Source: PVC group bacterium
Lineage (GTDB): Bacteria > Auribacterota > Erginobacteria > Erginobacterales > Erginobacteraceae
DNA length: 64,000 nt
Reading direction: 5' to 3'
Assembly (NCBI GenBank): GCA_040773245.1
Contig: JAXGWO010000001.1
Coordinates: 6,498-70,497, forward strand
Shown here: positions 49,483-58,540 of the stretch, piece after piece
Layout: each line of letters starts with the position of its first letter
Numbering within the stretch: position 1 is the stretch's first letter
Made by a program: the position numbers and the translations under genes
The notes under the pieces: model-generated
What the model was told of the DNA's origin: nothing
Database searches by the model: none
Seen by the model: the letters and a program-made list of their open reading frames with translations, nothing else

Positions 49483-50436
49483 ATGAAACTGATCGTCCAG
49501 ATCCCCTGCCTGAACGAGGAAGCGACCATCGGCGCCACCATCCGGGACATCCCCCGCCAAATCCCCGGGATCGACCGGGTCGAGGTCCTGGTCATCGATG
49601 ACGGATCCACCGACCGCTCCCGCGAAGCGGCCCTCCGGGCGGGGGCCGACCACGTCATCGGCTTCACCAACCGCAAGGGGCTGGCCCGGGCGTTTATGGC
49701 CGGGATCGATACCGCCCTGGCCCGGGGCGCGGACATCATCGTCAACACCGACGCCGACAACCAGTACCGGGGGGAGGACATCCCGAGCCTGATCGGCCCC
49801 ATCCTCCGGGGCGAGGCCGACATCGTGGTCGGGGACCGGGAGGTGGAGACGATCGAGCACTTCTCCCCGGTCAAGAAGGCGCTGCAGAGATTCGGCTCCT
49901 GGGTGGTCCGCAAGCTCTCCCGGACCTCGGTCCCCGACGCCGCCAGCGGTTTCCGGGCCTACAACCGGGAGGCCGCCCTCTCGATCAACGTCGTCTCCGA
50001 CTTCTCCTACACCCTGGAGACCCTGATCCAGGCCGGGACCGGGCGGCTGGCGGTCGGCCACGTCCCGGTTCGGACCAACCCCCAGGCCCGGCCGTCGCGG
50101 CTCTTCACCTCGCTCTTCGACTACCTGCAGCGGTCGGTCGTCACCCTGGTGAGGATCTACACGATGTACCAGCCGCTCAAGGTCTTCTCGGCCATCGGGG
50201 GGCTGTCCATCCTGGCCGGGGCGATCCTCTCCGGTCGCTTCCTCTACTACCTGATCGTCGCCGGGGGGCGGGGGAAGGTCCAGTCCCTGATCTTCGCTGC
50301 CGTCTTCCTGATCGTCGGCTTCCAGATCCTGGTGATCGGGCTGCTGGCCGACACCATCGCCTCCAACCGGAAGCTGACCGAGAACGTCCTCTACCGGGTC
50401 AAGAAGCTGGAGAGCCGGAAAGAAGACGATCGATGA
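49483..50436 (+). CDS. GT2 polyprenyl-phosphate glycosyltransferase (Dpm1/GtrB/ArnC-like) with C-terminal TM helices
   Basis: GT2 motifs: MKLIVQIPCLNEE...VLVIDDGSTDRS...NTDADNQY (DxD). Two C-terminal TM segments follow. The start was refined to MKLIVQ, which has an RBS aagga. Confidence 0.8.
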   Translation: MKLIVQIPCLNEEATIGATIRDIPRQIPGIDRVEVLVIDDGSTDRSREAALRAGADHVIGFTNRKGLARAFMAGIDTALARGADIIVNTDADNQYRGEDIPSLIGPILRGEADIVVGDREVETIEHFSPVKKALQRFGSWVVRKLSRTSVPDAASGFRAYNREAALSINVVSDFSYTLETLIQAGTGRLAVGHVPVRTNPQARPSRLFTSLFDYLQRSVVTLVRIYTMYQPLKVFSAIGGLSILAGAILSGRFLYYLIVAGGRGKVQSLIFAAVFLIVGFQILVIGLLADTIASNRKLTENVLYRVKKLESRKEDDR

Positions 50437-51536
50437 CCCCCCCGCCCGGGAAACCGAAACTGGCTTTCGTGGTCAAGTACTACCGCCCGATGCCGCGGCT
50501 CTCGGGGATTCTCCGCTTCGCGATCGACCTGGTCGAGAACCTGGAGGCGGAGTTCGAGATCCGGGTCTTCACCAGCCGCTACTCGCCGGAGGTCCCGGAA
50601 TACGAGAGGTGCCGCGGCCACGAGATCGTCCGCCTGCCGGGCCCCTTTCCCTTCCGGGCCGGATGGTCGGCCGGGAAGTGGGACCCCGACCTGACCGTCT
50701 TCGGGTCGGGATTCTGGCGATCCTGGTTCCTCCTGCCCTACTGGTTCCTCTTCCGTTGCGGCCTGGGGCGGGCAAACGGACCCGTAATCCTGGCCCAGTT
50801 CACCAATATGACCGGCCGGTTCTTCCGGCTGCTCCGCCTCCTCCGCCCCCGCCCGGCGGCGGTGATCGCCCTCACCGAGCCGCTCCGGGAGCGGTGGGAG
50901 AAACTCCTCCCCGGACTGACCGCCTTCATCCCCGCCGGGATGGCGCTCCCCTCCCCGGAACAAAAGTTCCCGGACCCGGAGATCCCCCCCTCCCCCTTCC
51001 GGATCGGGTTCTTCGGGCACCTGGAGCCCCACAAGGGGCCGGATATCCTGCTGAGAATCTATAAGGAACTCAATCCGCCGGGGACCGACCTGATGATCAA
51101 CGGGGTGGGAGAGATGGAGGAGGAACTCCGGCGGGATTCCCGGGGCTGGAAGAATATCGCCATCCAGGGCTACGTCCCGGAGATCGACCCCTGGATCCAC
51201 TCCTGCAAGCTGATGGTCTTCCCCTACCGCTCCAGCGTCTCGGTCCTCGGCTACTCGCGGGCGGCCCTCGACGGCCTGGCCGCCGGCATCCCCCTGATCG
51301 TCACCTCCTCCCCCGCCCTCGCCCCCCTGGTCCGGGACGGTGAGAACGGCTATGTCTGCCGGAACGAGGAGGAGATCAAGGAGAAGATCCGGGCCGTCAT
51401 CGCCGACCCGGGCCTCCGGAAAAAGCTCGCCGCCGGCGCGAGGCGGGCCGCCGAAGAGTACGACATCCGCCGGATCGCCGGGCGGTGGTCGGAGTTGTTG
51501 CGGAGGGTGGGGGGGATAGTAAGCAGTGAGCAGTAA
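50433..51536 (+). CDS. Glycosyltransferase family 1/4 (GT-B)
   Basis: The C-terminal GT4 motif region reads GYVPEIDPWIHSCKLMVFPYRS...GLAAGIPLIVTSSP...DGENGYVC. Its last codons and its stop lie inside composite repeat A. Confidence 0.75.
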   Translation: MTPPPGKPKLAFVVKYYRPMPRLSGILRFAIDLVENLEAEFEIRVFTSRYSPEVPEYERCRGHEIVRLPGPFPFRAGWSAGKWDPDLTVFGSGFWRSWFLLPYWFLFRCGLGRANGPVILAQFTNMTGRFFRLLRLLRPRPAAVIALTEPLRERWEKLLPGLTAFIPAGMALPSPEQKFPDPEIPPSPFRIGFFGHLEPHKGPDILLRIYKELNPPGTDLMINGVGEMEEELRRDSRGWKNIAIQGYVPEIDPWIHSCKLMVFPYRSSVSVLGYSRAALDGLAAGIPLIVTSSPALAPLVRDGENGYVCRNEEEIKEKIRAVIADPGLRKKLAAGARRAAEEYDIRRIAGRWSELLRRVGGIVSSEQ

Positions 51537-51778
51537 GCAGTGAGCAAAGTGCAAAGAGCATAGCGCATAGCGCCAGGGCATAGAGATTCGCGGTTGAGAT
51601 GGGGAGTGGGCAGTAGGCACAAGTCGATCCAATCCGTGTAATCTGTGTAATCAGTGGACTAAAAAGAGGGCGGGGCGAGGTTGATTAAAATAATTCGTGG
51701 CAATTAGTGGAATTAGTGGACAGCCAAAGGGGGCGCGGCGGGGGTTGATGAAAATTAATTCGTGGTAATTCGCGGACG
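51511..51778. repeat. Modular composite repeat, copy A (long form, about 270 bp)
   Basis: The module order is GCAGTGAGCAGTAAGCAGTGAGC, then GCATAGCGCATAGCGCC, then CGCGGTTGAG, then GGGGAGTGGGCAGTAGGCA, then CAAGTCGATCC, then GTGTAATCTGTGTAATCAGTGGA, then AGAGGGCGGGGCG, then TTGATTAAAA, then AATTCGTGGCAATTAGTGGAATTAGTGGA. It is AT-rich relative to the genome. Confidence 0.8.
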
Positions 51779-51782
51779 GAAG

Positions 51783-53255
51783 ATGAAGATGGTGAGAGGG
51801 ACAGCCTACCTGGCCGCCGCCGAGGTGGTCTTCGTGATCAGCGGCTGGATCATCCACGTCGGCTCGAAGCGCATCCTGGGATTGGTCGAGTACGGGACCT
51901 TCGGCATTCTCCTCTCCCTCCTCACCCACTACCGGATCTTTCTCGCCACCGGGGTCAACCGGGCGGTCTCCCGGGAGATCTCCCGGGAACCCTCCCGGGA
52001 CCGATCGATCCGGAGGGGGGCGCTGAAACTCCAGCTGGGCCTGGGCCTGGGCCTGGGCCTGGCGGTCTGGCTGGCGGCGCCGGGGCTTTCCGGGATCTGG
52101 GGGGATCCGCGGTTCACCGGCTATATCCGGCTGACCGCCTTCTTCCTCCCCGCCTTCGGGATCTACTCGGTCTACCGGGGCGTCCTCAACGGCCACACCC
52201 TCTTCGGGGCGGAGGCCCGCGTATCCATCATCTATTCCGGCCTCAAGGTCGCCGGCCTCTTTTCCCTCATCTTCCTCTTCTCCGCGCTGGGCCGAGACCG
52301 CGTCTCCGGGGCGGTCGGCGGGTACCTGGCCGCCGTCACCGGGGCGGTCTTCCTGGCCCGGGCGCTCTGCCCGCCAGCCGGGGGGGAGGACGGCCCCCCG
52401 TTCCCGCTGGGGAAGATCGCCGCCTTCGCCTTCCCGGTGGTTCTCTTCTCCTTCATCATCAGCCTGGTCCAGCATCTGGACCTCTACTTCGTCCGCGCGC
52501 TGCTGCCGGAGGAAGCCGAGGCGGCGGGGCTTTACACCTGCGCCCAGCAGTTCGCCCGGATCCCCTATATGTTCCTCTACGCGCTGAGCCTGACCATCTT
52601 CCCCGTGGTCGCCGGACGGATCGCGATCGCCGGCGGGGAAACGGCCGCGGCCGCCACCATTCGGCGGGCCCTGAGGGGAGGGCTGCTGGTGGTCCTGCCG
52701 CTGGCCGCCCTGATCGGCGCCAACGCCAGATCCCTGCTCGGCTGGGTTTACGGCCCGGACAGCGCGGCCGGGTCGGCGGCCCTGGAGGTCCTGATCTTCG
52801 GCCAGACCCTCCTCGCTCTTCTCCTGGTCCTGGCCACCGTCATCACCGCCCGGGGGCGGCCCTGGGTCTCCTTTTCCCTGGTCACCGCCACCCTGGCGCT
52901 GGCCGGGATCCTGAATAATTACCTGGTCCCGGAAGCCGGGATCCGGGGAGCGGCGATCGCCACTACCGTGGCCGCCGGGTTGGGGATGGCGGGGGCGGGG
53001 GTGATCGTCTACCGTCTCTTCGGGGCCCTCTTCCCGCCGGCCGCCACCGCCAGGATCGCGGCCGCGGCGGCCCTGGTCTTCGCCCTCGGCCGCTGGTGGG
53101 CGCCGGCCGGCTGGCTGCTTCCCCCGGCCCTGGCGACCCTGGCCGGGGTCTACCTGCTCGTTCTCTTCGGGCTGCGGGAGCTGACCCCCGGCGACGGGAA
53201 GATGATCCTCTCCCTCTTCCGCAAGCCTCCCCCCGCCCCCGGTATAGTCCACTAA
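51783..53255 (+). CDS. Polysaccharide flippase/exporter of the MOP superfamily (Wzx/MATE-like)
   Basis: It has about 12-14 TM helices, and the length and helix spacing are typical of Wzx/MurJ/polysaccharide biosynthesis proteins. The start was taken as MKMVRG. It is bracketed by inverted copies of the composite repeat. Confidence 0.6.
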   Translation: MKMVRGTAYLAAAEVVFVISGWIIHVGSKRILGLVEYGTFGILLSLLTHYRIFLATGVNRAVSREISREPSRDRSIRRGALKLQLGLGLGLGLAVWLAAPGLSGIWGDPRFTGYIRLTAFFLPAFGIYSVYRGVLNGHTLFGAEARVSIIYSGLKVAGLFSLIFLFSALGRDRVSGAVGGYLAAVTGAVFLARALCPPAGGEDGPPFPLGKIAAFAFPVVLFSFIISLVQHLDLYFVRALLPEEAEAAGLYTCAQQFARIPYMFLYALSLTIFPVVAGRIAIAGGETAAAATIRRALRGGLLVVLPLAALIGANARSLLGWVYGPDSAAGSAALEVLIFGQTLLALLLVLATVITARGRPWVSFSLVTATLALAGILNNYLVPEAGIRGAAIATTVAAGLGMAGAGVIVYRLFGALFPPAATARIAAAAALVFALGRWWAPAGWLLPPALATLAGVYLLVLFGLRELTPGDGKMILSLFRKPPPAPGIVH

Positions 53256-53480
53256 TTTCACTAATTACCACGAATTTTTTAATCAACCCCGCCCCGCCCT
53301 CTTTTATTCGTCCACTGATTACACAGATTACACGGATTACACGAATTGGATCGACTTGTGCCTACTGCCCACTCCCCCCCTCAACCGCGAATCCCGCAAA
53401 TCTATACGAACCTGTCCCCCGTTAACTTCGAACTTTGAACTTCGAACTTTGAACTTCTTACCCCACTCCCCATTCCCCGA
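53249..53480. repeat. Modular composite repeat, copy B (inverted relative to copy A)
   Basis: Its reverse complement matches copy A over about 140 bp, from CGCGGTTGAG through GTGTAATCAGTGGA to AATTCGTGGTAATTAGTGAAATTAGTG. It also carries a tandem CGAACTTTGAACTT x2 and a CCCCACTCCCCATTCCCC module. It starts at the flippase stop codon. Confidence 0.8.
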
Positions 53481-53547
53481 TTGACTCTTCGGCTCAACAA
53501 ATATATTCTTAACGCCTAACGTTAACTTTCGCCCAAGAGACCGCGCC

Positions 53548-54228
53548 GTGAAACTCTCGATCGTCGTCCCGATCTACAACGAGGAGAAGACCCTCCGCGA
53601 GATCCTGAAGAAGATCCTCGACCAGCCGCTGGATAAAGAGGTGATTCTGGTCGATGACGGTTCGACCGACGGAACCCGGGAGATCCTCCGCACCCTCGAC
53701 CACCCTGAGGTCCGGGTCATCCTCCTCCCCGAGAACCGGGGCAAGGGGGCGGCCCTCCGGGCGGGGTTCCGGGAAGCCGCCGGGGAGATCGTCATCGTCC
53801 AGGACGCCGACCTGGAGTACAACCCGGAGGAGTACCCCTCCCTGGTCCGTCCGATCGAGGAGGGGGTGGCCGACGTGGTCTTCGGGGCCCGGTTCCTCGG
53901 CGGCCCCCACCGGGTCCTTTACTTCTGGCACTACTGCGGCAACAAGCTCCTGACCCTGATCACCAACATCCTCTTCAACATCAACCTCAACGATATGGAG
54001 ACCTGCTACAAGGTCTTCCGCCGGGAGGCCCTGGAGGGAGTGGAGATCAAGTCCGACCGGTTCGGCTTCGAACCCGAGATCACCGCCAAGATGGTCAAGT
54101 CCGGCCAGCGGATCTACGAGATCCCGATCTCCTACTTCGGCCGCACCTACGAGGAAGGGAAGAAGATCACCTGGAAGGACGGCCTGGTCGCCCTCTATAC
54201 CCTGCTGCGTTTCCGCTTCTCCGGCTGA
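53548..54228 (+). CDS. GT2 glycosyltransferase, DPM/DPG-synthase-like (polyprenyl-phosphate sugar synthase type)
   Basis: GT2 motifs: MKLSIVVPIYNEEKTL...EVILVDDGSTDGT...VQDADLEY (DxD). It is soluble and about 226 aa long, like Dpm1 catalytic subunits. The start is a GTG. Confidence 0.8.
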   Translation: MKLSIVVPIYNEEKTLREILKKILDQPLDKEVILVDDGSTDGTREILRTLDHPEVRVILLPENRGKGAALRAGFREAAGEIVIVQDADLEYNPEEYPSLVRPIEEGVADVVFGARFLGGPHRVLYFWHYCGNKLLTLITNILFNINLNDMETCYKVFRREALEGVEIKSDRFGFEPEITAKMVKSGQRIYEIPISYFGRTYEEGKKITWKDGLVALYTLLRFRFSG

Positions 54229-54278
54229 ATGCCACTCCCGGGCCCGGCCCGCCGCCGATAACAATCGGAGCGACCCCA

Positions 54279-56219
54279 GTGCGCGATCTCCCCGGATTCC
54301 GGGTCCTCTGTCCCCTCTTCTGCCTGCTCCTGGCCGCGATGGCCGTCTTCACCGAGTGGGAGGTTCACGGGCCGTCCACGATCCGGCACCACCTGGAGTG
54401 GCTGGAGACAACCATCGGTCCCGGGGGACCGTGCTTCCAGCTCTCCGGAAGAGCGCTGCTTTCCTCAAGCCGGCTCGCGGTGCGCGCGGGACTGCCGGCG
54501 GCGTGGGGGTTCACCACCCTGCGATTTGCCCAGAACGCGCTGATCCTGGGCCTGGCCCTGGCCTGGTGGCGGCGACTGGCCGTCCCGCCGCCCCGGCGGC
54601 TGATCGGCCTGCTGATGCTGGCCTGGGGACTGCTCTACGCCTTCCGGGAAGGTGGCATCGAGACCGGGCTCTTCTGGGCCGCGGCCTGGATCCTGGCCGG
54701 GATCATTCTCCTGGACTCCGGCCGGAGGAATTTCTACCCCCTGCTGGCTTTCACCGGCGCCCCCTGGAGCGTCTTCTCGGTTATCCTCCCCTTCCTGCCC
54801 CTGGCCGGGAGCGGGGGCGGCCGCGGACGGACCTGGCGGCTCGCCCTCCTCTCTCTCCCCGCTTGGCTGGCCGGGGCCTGGTTGTTCGGCAATCCCCCCA
54901 GCCGGCCCTGGCCCCCGGTCTCCTGGGGACACCGGCCCGGGTTCGACCTGCTGGCCTTCAACCTCGCCCACAGCCTGACCTGGGTGAGACTGATCTGGCT
55001 GGCCAACATCCTCCCCCTCCTCGCCCTGGCCCGGCTGGCGGAGTGGCCGAGGCGGCTGCGGAGATTGCTCCCGGTCTCCCTGATCCCGGCGGGCGTCGCC
55101 CTCCTGGCATACTTCTTCCCCGAATACCGGGTGATCGTCATCCCCCTGGCCGCCTGCCTGATCCCGGGGTTCCTGCTCCTCCCGGCGAAGCCGAACCCCG
55201 CCTTTTCGCGCCTCCGGAGGGCACTGCGCTCCGAAGGGCTGCTGATCGCCCTGCTCGCCCTGGCCGCCCTCTACTCCCAGCTCTGGGTTCTGGGGGGGGT
55301 GGGGGGGCGGTACCTGGGGGAATCCCAGCCGGAACGCCACCGGGAGGTGATGGCCGGAACCGCTTCCAGCCCCTGGCGCTACCGCGTCTTCTCCGAATAC
55401 CTGGTGGAGGGAAGCCTGCGGCTGGGCCGGGCGGCCGGAGTCGAAGAACCGGGGCCGGTCTTCGCCCTCTTCCGCCTCCTCCAGAACCTGCTGATCTTCT
55501 GGCTGGCGGCCAGGCTCTACCGCACCTGGGGATTTGCCCCGGACCAGCGGGCGATCGGCCTGGTCCTGGCCGGCTGGGGGATGATGCACGCCTTTTACAA
55601 CAGCGACCTCTGCTTCAGCACCTACACGGACCTGATCATCTACCTTCTCGGGACCCTCTCCGTGATCAAGGGGAGGATAGGCTGGATTGTTCCGTTGACC
55701 GCCATCGCCGCCTTAAACCGGGAGACCGGCGTGCTGCTCCCCGCCCTGCTCATCCCCGGCGCCCTTAGGAGGGAAGGCCGCCGGTCCTGGATGCTCTTCC
55801 TGGCCGCCGCCGGGGTGTTCTTCGCGATCTTCTTCTCGCTCCGGCTTCTCCTGCTCCCGGGAGGTGATTTCGCCCAGGCCTGGGGTGGACCCGGCTGGCC
55901 GAGACTGCTGGGCAATCTCTCCAACCCCCTGTTCTGGCGAAACTTTTTTCTGCTCGCCAACTTGTTGCCGCTGGCCGGCATATTGGCAGTGCGCCGCTGG
56001 CCGCGCCAGCTTCGAGAATTTTTCATTGTTTTGGTCCCGGCCTGGTTGTTCCTGCATCTGTATGCCGCTTATGCGGAGGAATCAAGGATCTTCCTGGTCC
56101 CGCTCTTCCTGGGGTTTGTCCCCGCCGTCCTCTGCCTGCTGACGGGCGGGGACCCGGCGGGAAGGTCTCCTGACCGCCCCCCGGTTCGGGACGGCGGGAT
56201 TTTAGCCCTTGACTCCTGA
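54279..56219 (+). CDS. Large polytopic membrane protein, possibly a GT-C-type glycosyltransferase or polymerase
   Basis: It has about 16 or more predicted TM helices and sits within the glycan locus next to two Dpm1-like GT2 genes. No catalytic motif could be assigned confidently. Confidence 0.4.
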   Translation: MRDLPGFRVLCPLFCLLLAAMAVFTEWEVHGPSTIRHHLEWLETTIGPGGPCFQLSGRALLSSSRLAVRAGLPAAWGFTTLRFAQNALILGLALAWWRRLAVPPPRRLIGLLMLAWGLLYAFREGGIETGLFWAAAWILAGIILLDSGRRNFYPLLAFTGAPWSVFSVILPFLPLAGSGGGRGRTWRLALLSLPAWLAGAWLFGNPPSRPWPPVSWGHRPGFDLLAFNLAHSLTWVRLIWLANILPLLALARLAEWPRRLRRLLPVSLIPAGVALLAYFFPEYRVIVIPLAACLIPGFLLLPAKPNPAFSRLRRALRSEGLLIALLALAALYSQLWVLGGVGGRYLGESQPERHREVMAGTASSPWRYRVFSEYLVEGSLRLGRAAGVEEPGPVFALFRLLQNLLIFWLAARLYRTWGFAPDQRAIGLVLAGWGMMHAFYNSDLCFSTYTDLIIYLLGTLSVIKGRIGWIVPLTAIAALNRETGVLLPALLIPGALRREGRRSWMLFLAAAGVFFAIFFSLRLLLLPGGDFAQAWGGPGWPRLLGNLSNPLFWRNFFLLANLLPLAGILAVRRWPRQLREFFIVLVPAWLFLHLYAAYAEESRIFLVPLFLGFVPAVLCLLTGGDPAGRSPDRPPVRDGGILALDS

Positions 56220-56271
56220 TGGAATACGTTTATTTTCCCCGGAACAAACTGATTATTTCCAGGAGCGAATT

Positions 56272-57384
56272 ATGCCCGACATCATATCCCGGCTGCGCGA
56301 GAACCCGAAGTTCCACCGCTTCCTGGAACCGGTCGACCTCTCGGCCGACTTCCGGGACGCCACCTACTTCCTGAGGAAGGACGGGACGATGGTCTTCTCC
56401 GAAGGGTACTACCACGGCATCGAAAAACCGCTTCCGGAACGCGAGGTGGTCTCCCACATCGTCTTCATCCCCTGGAATGATCGGCGGCCGGGGCCGGACT
56501 ATGCCCGGAAGGATATCTTCGGGCAGCTCTACGAGAACATCACCAAGGAGATAATGAACAATAACCCCCTCGACCGCTTCTATCCCCTCCAGCTCGAGCG
56601 GTACATCGAGGTCGACCCCTCCCAGCGGGAGAAACGGCGCCCGGTCTACGCCCGCTACAAGTCCCTGGTCCCGGTGTCGGAACTGATCGGCTGCTTCCCC
56701 ACCCGCCACTCCCTCCAGGCGATCATCGACCGGGCCGGCGAGGAAGAAGCGGCGGACAACATCCGGGTGGTGACCGAACACACCGCCGAGCTGCTGGGAA
56801 TCGAAGTCGGCCGGATCGGGATCTCCGGCTCGCTTTCCCTGGGGACCTACGCCGACCCCCACGATGTCGATTACGTCATCTATGGAACATCGGCGGAGGT
56901 CAGGCGGATGGTTCGGTTTATGCAGAAGCTGACCGACACCGAAGAGAAGCGCCGGGTCCGCGAGTTCGGGAAATACTGGCCGATCCGGTTCTGGGACTGG
57001 GCGGGGGGAAAGAAGTTTATGATCTGCCCCTTCTTCTCCTACCTCGACCCGGAAGAAGCCCCGCTGCGGAACTTCGACTGCGAGGATCTCGGACCGGCGG
57101 AGATCACCGCCCGGATCGCCGACGACACCCACAACGCCTTCAATCCGACCTATCTGCTGATCGAGGGGGTGAAACTCGACGGCCGGGACTGCCCCGGCAT
57201 TACCCGGCTGGTCCTCTACCACGGCGGGGAGCGGGGGGACTGGCGGGAGGGTTACCGGGTCCGGGCCCGGGGCAACCGCGTCCGGATCCGGACCTGCCGG
57301 ATGGAAGCGGGGAAGAGAATCACCCGGGAGGAGTTCGAGGCCCTGCTGGTGAACAACCTCGACCGGGTGAAGAAGGTCGGGTGA
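56272..57384 (+). CDS. Uncharacterized NTase-signature protein, paralog 2
   Basis: It has GISGSLSLGTYADPHDVDYVIYG plus the family motifs ATYFLRKDGTMVFSEGYYH, YWPIRF, ICPFFSY and LVLYHGGERGDWREGYRVRARG. The start was refined to MPDIISRL, which has an RBS aggag. Confidence 0.5.
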   Translation: MPDIISRLRENPKFHRFLEPVDLSADFRDATYFLRKDGTMVFSEGYYHGIEKPLPEREVVSHIVFIPWNDRRPGPDYARKDIFGQLYENITKEIMNNNPLDRFYPLQLERYIEVDPSQREKRRPVYARYKSLVPVSELIGCFPTRHSLQAIIDRAGEEEAADNIRVVTEHTAELLGIEVGRIGISGSLSLGTYADPHDVDYVIYGTSAEVRRMVRFMQKLTDTEEKRRVREFGKYWPIRFWDWAGGKKFMICPFFSYLDPEEAPLRNFDCEDLGPAEITARIADDTHNAFNPTYLLIEGVKLDGRDCPGITRLVLYHGGERGDWREGYRVRARGNRVRIRTCRMEAGKRITREEFEALLVNNLDRVKKVG

Positions 57385-57425
57385 GAGGAACCGGGAATAT
57401 CCGCAACTTCGGGGAGCGTATTTCA

Positions 57426-58451
57426 ATGACCAGTTTTTTCGACCAGGTAAAATACAACGATAAGTTTCGGGACTTCGTCCTCCCGATGGAAGAGCTGGCC
57501 CTGATCCGGGACGCCACGATCTTCGTCCACCAGGACGGCTTCCTTCTCTTCTCGGAAGGTTACTGCCACCCGCCGGGCAAACTGATCTGCAATATCATCT
57601 ACATCCCGGACCCGAAGGGGAAGAAGGAGGTCTTCGGCCTCCCCTACCGCTCGATCATCAAGCGGGACCAGGACGGCGAGGAGGCCTGGGTCAACTACGA
57701 GTCCCAGCTGGAGATCTACCGGGAACTGGCTCCGGAGTCCCAGGTCGGCAAACCTCCCTACGCCCGCTACAAGTGCCAGTTCGACCTCGCCGACCTGGTC
57801 GGCTTCGTCGATCACCGCCGCTCGCTGAAGAAAGCCCGGGAACTCTCCCCGGAGATCGACCAGGCGATCCACAACGTCGCCGGGATGCTCCGGATCGACC
57901 CCGAAACCATCGGGGTCACCGGTTCGCTCTCGCTCGGCAACCTGAAGACCGCCCACGATTTCGACCTGGTCTTCTACGGCACCGTCGCCGAGAGCTGGAA
58001 GATCGTCGACCAGATCTACCGGATCGTCGAAGACCCCAAGCGCCAGGTCTTCGAGATGGGGATGCTCTGGGCGATCCGTTTCTTCGACGACTGGGGGAAT
58101 ATGATCTGCCCTTTCTTCTCCTACACCGACCTCTCCGAGATTCCGCTCAAGGATTTTTCGATGGAGATGGAGGAAGGCGGGCTGGAGATGGAGGGCACGG
58201 TGACCGACGACCGGCACACCTTTTATATGCCCTCGGTCCTCCGGCTGGCCGAGTCTTCCATCCCGGGCCGCCGGGACCTGTCCGAGCTGGACCTGATCCT
58301 CTACCACGGGGGACTCCGCGGCGAATACCGGGTCGGCGACCGGGTCCGGGCCCGGGGCGACCTGGTCCGGGTGACCGGCCGGAATGGTTCTTATCCCGCC
58401 TTCCTCTGCACCAACCTGAGCGAGACCGGGAAGGTGGGCAGTGGGGAGTAG
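57426..58451 (+). CDS. Uncharacterized NTase-signature protein, paralog 3 (in tandem with paralog 2)
   Basis: It has GVTGSLSLGNLKTAHDFDLVFYG plus the family motifs ATIFVHQDGFLLFSEGYCHPP, ICPFFSY and LILYHGGLRGEYRVGDRVRARG. Its stop codon lies inside composite repeat C. Confidence 0.5.
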   Translation: MTSFFDQVKYNDKFRDFVLPMEELALIRDATIFVHQDGFLLFSEGYCHPPGKLICNIIYIPDPKGKKEVFGLPYRSIIKRDQDGEEAWVNYESQLEIYRELAPESQVGKPPYARYKCQFDLADLVGFVDHRRSLKKARELSPEIDQAIHNVAGMLRIDPETIGVTGSLSLGNLKTAHDFDLVFYGTVAESWKIVDQIYRIVEDPKRQVFEMGMLWAIRFFDDWGNMICPFFSYTDLSEIPLKDFSMEMEEGGLEMEGTVTDDRHTFYMPSVLRLAESSIPGRRDLSELDLILYHGGLRGEYRVGDRVRARGDLVRVTGRNGSYPAFLCTNLSETGKVGSGE

Positions 58452-58503
58452 GGAGTAGGCAGTGGGCAGTGGACAGAGAGCAGAGCGCATAGAGCATAGC
58501 GCC
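58432..58503. repeat. Modular composite repeat, copy C (short form)
   Basis: It reads GGTGGGCAGTGGGGAGTAGGGAGTAGGCAGTGGGCAGTGGACAGAGAGCAGAGCGCATAGAGCATAGCGCC, which corresponds to the GGGAGT/GCAGTGGGCAG and GCATAGCGC modules. Confidence 0.75.
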
Positions 58504-58540
58504 AGTAACTAACCATCAGCGGACTGAACAGGGATTAAAA

